Shown here: piece by piece, positions 28,425-53,730 of the stretch | How the letters are laid out: the number at the start of each line of letters is the position of its first letter | Position numbering within the stretch: the stretch's first letter is position 1 | NCBI GenBank assembly: GCA_051294375.1 | Contig: CM119270.1 | Coordinates: 7,705,817 to 7,769,816 of the forward strand | Origin: Paraspadella gotoi | Taxonomy: Eukaryota > Animalia > Chaetognatha | Direction of reading: 5' to 3' | DNA: 64,000 bases | Notes under the pieces: generated by a model | Told to the model about the DNA's origin: nothing | What the model saw: the letters and a program-made list of their open reading frames with translations, nothing else | Databases searched by the model: none | Made by a program: the position numbers and the translations under genes

Positions 28425-29916
28425 AATAATAACGACAGGGAATAATATCTATACTTAGTAAATAATAAATGTAACTAAAAACTAGTATCGATTAGACTTC
28501 ATTTTTTCTCTTTTTGAAACGATTTCATTCTTTCATTCTCTTAATCATTAGCCTATTTATTAATATTGAAACAATAGGCGACGATTTATAAAAACAGTTT
28601 GAGTTGTTTCACAATAAACAACAGGTTAAAAACACTTAATAAAACTAACTTAGAAATATTTGGTCAAATTTGGTCAAATGCTTGGGCTTGTTCCTACGGT
28701 CCATCGCAAAATAAATAATAAAGTCTTTGTGAATAATGTGCAAAGTTAGCTAAAGATAACTTTCCATAGCTTCTCGAACCCCCGAAAAATTCTGGAACGT
28801 GTCTTGAACTAGGAATTAGAGTTGGGTTAAAGACGTCGTCACTCCTGTAGAGTCGGTAACACGTTGGGATTAAATAGGAAACAATAAATCAAAAGGTGAG
28901 AACTGAGGGAACCAAGTCATAAGAGGTAAAACCTGGGCCATGCACGCTACAAGTCGCTACATTTGTCTTTATGAAAGAACTTTATGTTTACTGTACATTG
29001 CTAATAAATATAGAACAAGAAACAAAAAAAATTTTTGTCACGTTGAAACCACTCAATCCACACAACGGACAAAGTTGCCTTCCCACAATCGCAAATGAGA
29101 AAATGCCACGGTTCTAGAGGGATTCTGACTCGAGGTCATATGGAAGCGCATTGAGTAACATCTGAAGGTCTCCCTTAACTCCATGGGCACGATTCCGACG
29201 TGATCGCTGGTATCGTTGGCCCACTTTATGTTGTTGTGAATCATCAGAGTATTCCATTGGGATGATGGACTGGTTAAATCAACTGGTGCATCGCAACTAG
29301 GTCCGTTTCGACCCGCGAACAAATACCACGTCGGCACAGTCAACCAGTACTTGAAGCGGTCGGCCCGCGGTTTGAAGGCGATCTTCCTCACCACCATCGG
29401 ACGAGGCAGGTGGAGAAAGACGATATGAGACCCATTGGAGTCTCTGCCAGAGTGCCACCCTTTTGTGTGACGGGAGAGAAGGTTTTGCGCAAAAAAATTG
29501 TTGTCATAACGGGACGATGCCGTCGCTGAGACGTTTGTCAAGTTGATCAAACCGCCTTAGAAAAAATAAATGAATGTTTCCTGTTACTTTTTGTTACTTT
29601 TTGCCATTATGGTCATCTACGATTTGGCAGTCGTCATTTATTTCGTTTTTGCCGTCTGTGTCCAAAGGTAAGGCTCCAATGTTCAAAGATTTCCTTACCT
29701 CTCTCGCATTGCAATTGCTTCATTAGAGACTTCTCAATCTGCATTTGTCCCAAAACTCGCGACAGCAAAATAGACAGGACCATGTAACAATCGTTGAAAT
29801 ACATTTTTTTAGTGTTAAGAAACGAAGGAACGCTGAGATGGACACAAAACACAAAACACAAAACTCAGAGAGAGAAAGACAGAGCGAGAGAGAGAGAGAA
29901 ATAGAGAGAGAGAGAT

Positions 29917-29965
<49 letters not shown>

Positions 29966-32142
29966 ACGGTATCTGTTACAAAAAGGTGCAAAAAAAAAAA
30001 CTTTCATCGAATTTGCATCAGATATCCTTGAGTGCTAAGGCATTCCGATTCATACTTTTTAATAAATAATTTTACACAGAAAATAGTTTATCAGGTTTAT
30101 AAAGTTAAATTATTGAATCCTTAACGGTTAAAACTTCACTGTTAATAACGGTGAAAATTTTTTAAAACTTAATTCAATTTGTCTGTCCATCAGTCCCACA
30201 CCAAAATTTTGTCGATACGTCACTTAGATCATGTGAGAACATTGAATTATGATAAACTATGGAAAATAATTTATGTCCGTCATTACGTACCTCCGTCCGT
30301 CATTCTGTCAGTCTGTCTATCCATCCGTCAGTTGAGGCTCTTAAAAGCTTTAAGCTATAACATTTGAAAAATGATACGAGCTCATAATCGCTTTGAATAT
30401 TATTTGTTTTTTGTTTGTTTTTCCTCCTTTATACATTTATATTATGAAATAATCAAAGTTACTAAATTAACCGATTTTAACCGTTCACGGGTAAAAATTA
30501 AACTCTAAATTAAATTGTAAATTAAACTCGTAAAAAACTTCAAAATTTTAAATAAATTTTCAACTGGGAAATCAAGTAATCAAATCTCATATTTTGTAGC
30601 GAGTAAGAATTAGGAATTCCACTTTAAATTCCGTTTCTTAATAAAACTCGTTGTTTATATAAACAAAAATAAACTTTGTTTTCATTGAAAGCTTGAATTG
30701 TTAAAGAATTTCCTTCTTATTTGTAAATCAGAAGCCAAACGCAATCGTCATCATCGGGGGTTGCGACGACGACGCCAACAACGAAATTGCGGCCCAGCGC
30801 CCTCTACATGAGACTCTGCATTGCCGGCGCAATGCAGCACGATCTGCCGCCCACCTACCTGAGAAAGCTTCGACAGGTAGGAACTCTTACGAGTTTAATT
30901 TGATTTAATATCGCGCTGATGAAATTGACTGTATAGTAAGGCGTAGTAAAATTCCTAAGTTTAACTTTAATTAAAATTCTAAAAGTGAGGAACGAACAAC
31001 ATTATACTTATGAACATTTATTTATAAAAAAAATTATATTAGGAGAAAAACAATTTTTATTTGTTTTGACAACGAATTTTAGTGACAATTTGACAGACAT
31101 GTTTCGACTCTGTATTTTAGAGTCTTCATCAGTGTTTGACAATATTCAAGTTTTTCTCTTTAACATTAACAACGAAATCGAAAGTCTATACACAAAAAAA
31201 ATTATAATAAATTTTACAATTTACGCAGTAAGCCATATTTATACTAGTACTAAACCAATAAATGTTAAAAGTTCAAAACAGTTTTTTCTAAGATTTTTTG
31301 CAGATTTGGATTTGTCATAAAAAGTTGATAAAAAGAAATATAACTCTTTTTGAAAAATTCCTTCATTAAGTGGGTCAAAAATTAGAAAAAGCTATATTTT
31401 AAACTGAAATTTAACTTTTTATATATTAAATATAGTTTTTTTAATTTTTAACCTACTTAATGAAAGAATTTTTAAAAATGAATTATATTTTCTTCTATCA
31501 ACTTTTGACGAGGAATTCAAATCTGCAATCAAAATTAAGAAAAGTCTATTTTGAAATAAATATAGCCTACTGCGAAAATTAAAAAACATAAAATTAATTT
31601 TTTTTACAAATTAATGTTCACTGATGGTATGTTGTTCATAATTAACTTTCACTACGCCTTACTGTATAGGTCACAGTTATACAGAAATGCGTATTTCTCA
31701 GTTGAACGCTTAATTTCTCATCTCTTACTTGTGTAATATGGCCGGATACTAATCGTTCACTCCCTAACCACATATCTTTCGCCTCCCAACCTCGCCCGGA
31801 GGCCGCATAGCAGTTAAACGGGGCGTTGAACAAACCCGTAGCCCGGTGCTTGAGCAATGAGCATGATCCGAATCTCAAGCACTGATGTTTTATGACCGCT
31901 TTACCAGTTAATTCATAACTATTTTTCTCTCTCTTGAAGTATTCGCTCAGCTTATATTAATCGACTCCGAACTGAATTTCCCTTTCGTCTACTGATTTTG
32001 TTCATTTGTTTCTCGATCGATCGATCAGGTGAAATCGGCGTCGATCGCTCCGGCGCCAGGCGCTCTCTCCCCGACGGTCGAACAGGCGATGCTAAGGATG
32101 GAAGGCGATTCGAGCGACGAGGAGAGTGACAGCGATTTTTGA
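25645..32142 (+). CDS. GGCT-like: Divergent gamma-glutamylcyclotransferase (GGCT)-like protein, 6 exons, ~285 aa
   Basis: join(25645-25698, 26240-26347, 26813-27010, 27453-27691, 30732-30876, 32029-32142), all GT..AG and phase-consistent. Motif order follows human GGCT: FYLFTCGPEML..ICPSAKFVGVGCVDGFKLVF (cf. FLYFAYGSNLL..RNPSAAFFCVARLQDFKLDF), KWRGALAT (TWHGGIAT), ILGVVWSI (VWGVVWKM), LLDTYDG (LDEQEG), IQVTT..LRCRAY (VKVAT..ITCRSY), PSALYMRLCIAGAMQHDLPPTYLRKL (PSPQYKKIICMGAKENGLPLEYQEKL). Confidence 0.85.
26240..26347 (+). CDS. GGCT-like: GGCT-like exon 2 (VSTTQTSTPDGERFYLFTCGPEMLEELVKEICPSAK)
   Basis: Acceptor TCTCTCTAG and weak donor AAG|GTCTC. Corresponds to the N-terminal strand and loop of the GGCT fold. 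Confidence 0.78.
26813..27010 (+). CDS. GGCT-like: GGCT-like exon 3 (FVGVGCVDGFKLVF...GVVW...LLDTY)
   Basis: Acceptor CCGTTCAG, donor TAC|GTAAG. Lies in ORF 26672..27070. Confidence 0.88.
27453..27691 (+). CDS. GGCT-like: GGCT-like exon 4 (DGGQSPIKSIQVTT...CRAY plus acidic insert)
   Basis: Acceptor CTCCTACCAG, donor CA|GTAAG (phase 2). Lies in ORF 27300..27695. Confidence 0.85.
29053..29804 (-). CDS. Nested antisense gene: probably secreted F5/8 type C (discoidin)/galactose-binding-like domain protein, 2 exons, ~202 aa
   Basis: complement join(29804-29699, 29555-29053). Exon 1 MYFNDCYMVLSILLSRVLGQMQIEKSLMKQLQCER with donor G|GTAAG. Acceptor TTTTTTCTAAG, phase 1. Exon 2 is a complex, non-repetitive ORF with the beta-sandwich pattern ATASS.Y..A.NL..GWHS..I.LHLP.P.VV.KIAF.PR..W.TL..FRCY..RF..VAFS.LRLW. 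Confidence 0.75.
30732..30876 (+). CDS. GGCT-like: GGCT-like exon 5 (...RPSALYMRLCIAGAMQHDLPPTYLRKLRQ)
   Basis: Acceptor AAATCAG phase 2, donor CAG|GTAGG. Carries the C-terminal PSxxY..GA...LP..Y...L signature of GGCT. Confidence 0.88.
30934..31664. mobile_element. Tc1/mariner-type non-autonomous foldback MITE in intron 5 of the GGCT-like gene
   Basis: Ends TA|TAGTAAGGCGTAGTAAAATT and AACTTTCACTACGCCTTACTG|TA (TA target duplication, CAGT-type terminus). Long internal inverted arms, e.g. 31299-31400 versus 31428-31528. Confidence 0.72.
32029..32142 (+). CDS. GGCT-like: GGCT-like terminal exon (VKSASIAPAPG...DSSDEESDSDF*)
   Basis: Acceptor GATCAG phase 0, GC-rich, TGA at 32140-32142. Confidence 0.72.
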   Translation: MKSASIAPAPGALSPTVEQAMLRMEGDSSDEESDSDF

Positions 32143-34561
32143 TTGGTCGAAATCTCTGATTGGTTAATTTGATTCGATTTATTAAGTATTTGAATGTCTC
32201 GCTATTTTCTTTATCTTTTCTCCTTTTTTTTTTCTTTATGATCTTTATGTACAATGTAAGTAAAATTGTTTGGCAGAGTTTTACATTTACTCTTTTACTC
32301 GTCTGATCTTATGTACATCTCAGTTTTCATTTGTTAATAATTGACGCCAGATAACATGTTCTATGAATTTTGTACCTTGTGCTTTGACATTTTGATATGA
32401 CCTCTCCATAATATGGCCACTCCTTTAGAATATTTATGACTCACTCGTACAATTGCTTCTTTACTATGTAACCAACATTATCGAATAACTACGTGTAATT
32501 CTTTGCTACTTTTTGCTAACTTTGTTCCAAAACAATTAACATAAAGATAGTTTTATTCTTGGCAATAAAATCAGGAATTAGTTACAAACCATAGACAAAA
32601 TTAAATTACAGTCAACAAAGAAACCCCGACAATTGTGTTGCCATAAAAAATAAATATTTAATATTTAACTCTGGGCGAGCTAAGTTTGGCTTGTAAAGTT
32701 TTTTGTTTAGAACAAACAAAACAAACATAACATATAATCGGAATGTTGAAAATTATAAACGGCGACGACTGTATTTTGTTTATTTGTTTTTTTTGTTTTT
32801 TTTCATCGGGGAAACAAATTCAAACGTTTTGTGGTCACAGAATTTAAATCGCAAGTTTGATAAAAAAAATTAGCCCTGTAAAAAAAATTAACTATGATGG
32901 ATTTTTCACCATGATTTATCATAGTGTGAAATATAGCCGAATCCAGTTTTACAAAGGCACATTAGTTGTGAAATGTTCTTATTTGATTGGAAGGCATTAA
33001 ATGGCACAAGAAAATAGAAACAAAGATTATATTTATATTGTATTGCTGTCCCATTTTCACCATAAAATTTTTCTCTCAAACTTAGTTAGCGATCACGTAA
33101 AGACAGTTTTTGCGAAAAGAGATGGTCAAAATACTTAATGAGATCCTTATAAAACTGTATAAGAACTTTTTTTTGACAACCGCTTTTCTGTTTCAAAAAT
33201 TGCTACAAAATTCGCCCGATTCAAAACATTCGGAATTTTTTTACTCTATAATCGGATTAAGTTGCAGTTAAAACATATTAATCGATATAAATCAACCGTT
33301 TGAAGAAAATTTCTTATTCCGGTTGTGTTTAGAAAAAAACAACATACTAGAATAACATAAATCGTTTAATTTTGTTATTTAATGTAATAAAACAATGAAA
33401 TTCCAAGTGTCGCTTCATTAGCGGTTAAAATTTCCGGGCGATTTAAAAAAGACTCGGCAGTTCCATACGGACTACCGCATCTGGACAACTACTCGTTTCG
33501 GCCGATTGTTTAACCGGCCACTCTCAGAAAAATTAAAAAAAGGAAACTTTTTTTATCCAAAAGCTTCAACTTTCGTCAATAACGGAAAAATTAAAAAAGA
33601 AGAAAAAAAATCCGAAAAATTGTTTTTCGCGCCAAAACGCGCGAAGAAAACAAAATGAGAGAACAGAAAAAAAAACGCAGCAATTTAAAATAAAAACGAA
33701 GTAAATTGTCAATTTTTTTTTTCCCGGTCGCTCATGTAAAAAAGTAGAGAAAGGTGAAGTTTGAAACAAAAGGGTGCGCAAAACTATTCCACCTTTTCTA
33801 CGTAAAAAAACTAAAAAGTAAACAAAAGATCTTTTTCCTTTGTCAGGTGGTTCCATCTATTACGAGGTGCGGCTAAAACTATTTGACATCGCAACTTTTG
33901 TTTGCCGATCGACGGTTTGAAGATTTTACTCTTTATAAGCTCGATGGCATAAATCGGATTGGATTATGAGCTAATATTACATTCTAAACTATTTTCCGCC
34001 CAAAGCATAATTTTTGCATTACGTGTTAAGTAATTTTTATAATCAATCGGTTTTAGGATCTTTTTATGCTTAAAAAATGTATTAAATAGAATAAAAATAA
34101 GTGATTATACCATTGATGAAAAACATTCAGTAAAATCTGAGCTCATAAAGGTCGGGTCTTCATGTCGATGATTCAAACCCTTTTGCGATGCGTCGAAAAC
34201 TAAAATGGCGTTTCTGTTCTGTGTGGGAGATAGAAAGATAGAGAGACAGATACGGTTACAATTTTGTTTCAAAAATTTGGTGTCGTTGCTGTAGAATCCA
34301 GAACCATATATGGGAGACACAACTTGTCTCGAGTTCGTGATTATAAATCTAGATGTATAAATGTATCATATACAAGTAGGGACCAACTCCAGAGATAATA
34401 TAAAATTTCGACTATTAGAAATACTTTTAGTTGTCTTGACTAAATATTTAAACAATCATTTTCAAAAAAAATTTATATTATACGTCTTGATTAATTCATT
34501 AAATATTACTTGTCTTTTTTAATATTATAAAATTTTTTTTTAGAAATCTTAAATTTTTTGA

Positions 34562-34785
34562 TGGATTCTGATAGAGCATTAAAAGTTAAATAAGAAATAT
34601 AATTACAGCTTTTAAAAATTCTTACGTTTTCTATGTGAAAAAATAAAAAAACTGATAAAATCATCGAAAGATGATGATGATGATGATTTTTTACGGTTTT
34701 TCTTATTTTTGACTAACTTATCATGAAAATATTTAAAAAGAATTATACTTTGTGTAGACAACTTTTTATGAGCTATCTGAATCTG
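34562..34785. mobile_element. Degenerate AT-rich foldback/MITE remnant
   Basis: GATTCTGATAGAGCATTAAAAGTT pairs imperfectly with AACTTTTTATGAGCTATCTGAATC. It shares AAAAGTT..AAATATAA wording with the 30934-31664 element. Termini not defined. Confidence 0.35.
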
Positions 34786-35968
34786 GTCTTAAAATTTAAA
34801 AATTATCAAAACAAATTTTGGCCTTTCCTATTTATAAATAAATATTAAAAATTAATTATTTGGGTATAGAGCCACATAAGAAATGTTTTGTCCATTGAAA
34901 ATAATACTTAAAAATGTATAAATTTTCGTTTGAGCATATAATCATTCTAAATTTTTGATTCATTCCATTGAGTGGGGTTACCCCTAATACAAGTCACGTT
35001 AGAGGTCGCAACATTTAGGAATTAAAAGACTAGTGAAACTGACTAGCGATGTTATTTTGTTTTGTATTTTTTTATCCTCTACAAACTACCGACTGCGGCG
35101 AGGGAGAGAAAAAGTGAAGATTCTTCCCAGCATTGAAAAAAAAAAGAAAAATGAAAAAAAATAAGTTAAAGATGGCAAAAAACTTTAGTCGAATATATAA
35201 GAAAAGAAATCAGTGTACGGAGTTTGAGAGTAAGTCATATCATAATATCATAGGTGCGTGAAGATGGTTAAAATGACAAATTGTGCTTGTTGATAAATTT
35301 GGTGCCAGAAAATAAATTACATTATCGTATACCGAAGCCATTTTAAGTTATCAAATTCGACGGAACGGGGATGCGCGCGCACGATCGCGTTAAAACGATG
35401 GGCCAACCACCACCCGACGATCGAAACTCGGTTCTCGAACAAATGACCAAATTTGGAAGCGGCGAGGATGCGCGGTGAATGGGGAGGAGGTGCGGGGAGA
35501 CCCGAGGGAGGAAGTGAATGCTTTCTCATGCCTTTCCCGAAATAAATGTTATAATCATAACATCTCGTGTTATTTTACTATCATTAAAAAAAATTATTAA
35601 ACTGTAAACCCCAGGAATTTAAAAAAAAAAATTGGCTACAATGGTTGGAAATATACGGTCGTCTAAAATTCACTTTTAATTTTTAGTTATATATTGACCA
35701 TTTTTATTCTCGCTTTGTTATTATCGATAATTAAACAAATCCTACCTTTTTCTCTTTCTCTATTTATTCCTCTTAACCCAACTTCCCCTCCCGCGCATCC
35801 AACTCGGCTCACGACGCCACCGCTTCCCCAAAATCCACTGGGGAAGGAACCCTTCTCTCTCGACCGAGAGGCTCGTCGAAAGTGCCCCCGCGGGCCACGC
35901 AAACGACGACAACGACGACGAGGTCACTGAGGACGACGACGCGCTTCGACATCTTCGAATCATACTTC

Positions 35969-50031
<14,063 letters not shown>

Positions 50032-50387
50032 CTGAAATTAATGGGAGTTGAAACTTGTATTGATTTAGGAAGTTCACCAGAATCACAGAGAGGTATCTAT
50101 TTACAGACGTATTCAATTTTTAAAATACTGTACTTCCATTCCGTTTTACTAAAATGCATTTCAATTCATTTCATGTGATTAAACTTTTTTGGAAATAAAA
50201 ATTCCTCTCTTCTTTATTCTTATTCTAATTTTTGAAATACAGTATTTTTCAAAGTAAGTACAATATTGAATAAAAAGAAAACAAAACAAGAAAAAAAAGA
50301 AAGAATTTTTTTGTGACTTGCGTTCTTTTTACGAGATCCAGAGTAAACAAGGCGACAAAACTGCAACTAACTTTTACGGGTTTTTGC

Positions 50388-50452
<65 letters not shown>

Positions 50453-52246
50453 CGACGGAATAAATAAATAAAAAAAAGTTCTTAACAACTTGTTTACGTT
50501 GTGATAAAAATTGAAATGATAAGATGTGACGTGAGACTCGGGGTGTGATACTGCTTTTGTGATTTTTCGCGCTTGATATACTTTTTGAGACGCCGCAAAA
50601 CATCAAAGGAGTAATTTTTAGCTTTCTCGGTTCTTAAAAAATCTATTTGATTACAACGTCAGAGAAAAAGAAACAAATGGTTGAAATTTCGTCAAAAGTA
50701 GGTCAAAATGAGTAGCGCCTAAATTATTGGAAGACTAAGAGTAAAAAACAAGTACTATAAAAAATTAGAATACGAAAACCAATGATTGTAAAGATATTCA
50801 CTGTTTGTGGAGAAAGGAATAGATAATATCTTAAGAAAGGATAGATATATATACTATATAGCGGTAGTGGTAGCCATAAAGGTAGAAGGTTGCGTGTAAG
50901 GAATTTATGATCCTAGAAAGAGAAGAAGACAAAAAATAAAAGTAAGTTGCAAGAAAAAACATAAAAATAAAAAGGAGACGGAGGAAAGAAAAGGAAACGT
51001 AAAAGAGGAAAGGAAAACGGCGTGGGAAATTCATGGGAAGTCCGCGACGAAGCGGAAAGGTGAGGCGAGTCGGCGGCGGCAGCGGCGAAAGAATAAAAGG
51101 TAAGGAATCGAATCACGACGCGAACCTCGCGAGGGAAAGAAAATCGAGCGGAGAAAATCGGACACGAAATCAGTTGGGGGAAGGAGGAGAACGAGAAGGA
51201 GAATTAGCAGAAGGCGAAGGAAAGAGAAGGAGAAGAAGAAAGAAAGAGAAGGAGAAAGAGAAGGAAAGACAATAAGAAAAGATGGAATCATAAATGTTGT
51301 CTGAAAGTAAAATGTGAAATATAAAGCAAGAAGCCAAAAAAGTAGGGAAGGAAAGGTAAGAAAGGACAGAGAGGGGCAGGTTAAAAAAAGAAGACCGAAA
51401 ATCAGATATTGATGTTGATATTTTGAAATTTTAAACTTTTTGTTGTAAATACGTGACATTGAATTTTTTTATAAAAATATATGTAAAAAGAAAAAAAAAA
51501 TCCCGCCATGAATTACATAAGTTTTTAAATTTTTTTGAAAAAAGAAGTTTACGAAAATGCCATGAATTTTCCCACATTCTCATATTTATAAGAAAAGCTT
51601 CGAAGGCAGCGGGAGCGGTACTTCTGCTGCTGCATCGGCTGCGGGATCGGTAAATGCGGCGGCGGCGGCGCCTAAATCCGAGTTAACCATTTGAAAAGGA
51701 AAACCTGGTTTTCATTTTGATGAAGAAAACGAAAAAACAAAACAAAAAAAACAAACAAAAAACAAAAACGGAAAATCACTAATTAATAAAAGCGCAAGGT
51801 AAGTCGCGACTTTTTTATGATTGTCGGTTCAGAGTCAGTTTTAATGCATAATATATTGGTTTTTATGTTTGATGATAGATAAAGTAAATATTTGTTTTTT
51901 TTTCATTGTTAGAACCATTTGAGATAATCATATAAAAGTAACCATAATAGCAATTTTTCATAAAAGTAACCAAAAAAGCACCTAACCTTTTTTAATGAAC
52001 CTTTGAATAATAGATATTGGTTAAAAATAATCCAATGTTTATTCCGTAATGAAAAAAAAATCCGAAAAAAAATATCGACCATTAAAAAAAAGTAAAAGAA
52101 TTCCACCGAGAGAATAAGTCTCCTTTGACAAAAGATTGACTGGTCATCTCGAAACATAAAAGCCTTGTTAAGGGATTAATAAATTAGATCTTATTCGTTG
52201 TAATTTTTTATGAAACTTATTTTAATTCGACGATCAAATTGTCACT

Positions 52247-52281
<35 letters not shown>

Positions 52282-52711
52282 TGCCGGTGTCTCGTCTTCA
52301 AACAGATGCGCGGATTAAAGGACAAAAGATCATTATATGTATCTGATGCGTCGTAGTAATTGTTCTTTTTTTATAATTTATTTTGAAATTAAAGAATTCA
52401 TATTCATATCGAACTAAACACGTTAAAATGTCCAACAAAAATGTACCAAGGTTCAATGGTCATGTAAATAAATTAACAATCTAATCAAAATTGATTGAAT
52501 ACGTTCAGTTTGGAAAAAGATAGTACTTTCCCGCCTTAATTTTTGAAAAGCGCAAATCATCGTCACGGTCATCGTTTTCTTTTGTCTTCTCTAATGGACG
52601 CATCAGTTTACCTCCTCTCCCTCTCTCTCTTGCTGCCCTCTCCCTCTCTCTCTTCCTACCCTCTCCCTCTCTCTCTTCCTACCCTCTCCCCCTGCCTCTC
52701 CCTCTCCCTCC

Positions 52712-52720
52712 TGGGTGGTC
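52712..52720 (-). promoter_or_regulatory. Perfect GLI consensus site (TGGGTGGTC)
   Basis: Exact reverse complement of GACCACCCA, upstream of the mapped GLIS exons. Confidence 0.4.
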
Positions 52721-52860
52721 TCACACCGATTCTGTCCTTTTGAGACTTTGAAGGCTTCGCCGCCTCCCATCGCCTTCGGCCGCTAATGACTCCGAGAAAA
52801 TTCATCCTCATCAAAAAAATACCACAGAAATCACGTAACAATAACCTCTCGAACTTTCTT

Positions 52861-52936
<76 letters not shown>

Positions 52937-53011
52937 TCTTTCTCTCTGTCCCTTTCTCGGTTACGCCAAATATAGCACGCTCCGAATTAACGGAATTAAT
53001 CTCTTGAGGAA

Positions 53012-53104
<93 letters not shown>

Positions 53105-53397
53105 TTTGATTCAAGTGGACCGCGACGATTTGCGATGACGTTTTTCGCGTTTTTTTCGAATTTTGTGACACTTGGTCCTTTTTTTCCCATTCTGGCCCTT
53201 TTAAAGTCTCAACCCGTCTCTCATTCTCGGCCATTTTCCTACTTACTTTTCAGAGTGAGTCATGGTTTTTTGTGTGAGAAAGAAATTTGGGTAAAAATTA
53301 TGGTGATTCGTTCATTGAAGGAACGTCAAGTCGTCACGTAATTGTTAAAAAATGTATGGTTAATGTAAAGCTTGTAACAACTTGACAGAAATACGCC

Positions 53398-53478
<81 letters not shown>

Positions 53479-53601
53479 CTCTCTCTCCCCTGCGCCAGTG
53501 TGTTTTCTTTAATCGAACAATAATCTAAATCTTCTCGGATTGTGTGTCTCTTTTTTTCTCATTCCCTCAATCAAGACTCAAAAAACCGCGTTCTTTGGAC
53601 G

Positions 53602-53610
53602 GACCACCCA
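53602..53610 (+). promoter_or_regulatory. Perfect GLI consensus site (GACCACCCA)
   Basis: Exact match, repeated at 57747-57755 in the duplicated block. Confidence 0.4.
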
Positions 53611-53645
53611 AGGAGGGAGAGAGCGATAGAAAAAAAAGGCACGAG

Positions 53646-53730
<85 letters not shown>

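Noticed and set aside
33860-33885. TACGAGGTGCGGCTAAAA, resembling a mariner TIR start
   Set aside because: I found no matching opposite TIR or transposase in the window.
34105-34320. 71-aa minus-strand ORF between the convergent genes
   Set aside because: No family resemblance or linked exons. It reads like a repeat remnant.
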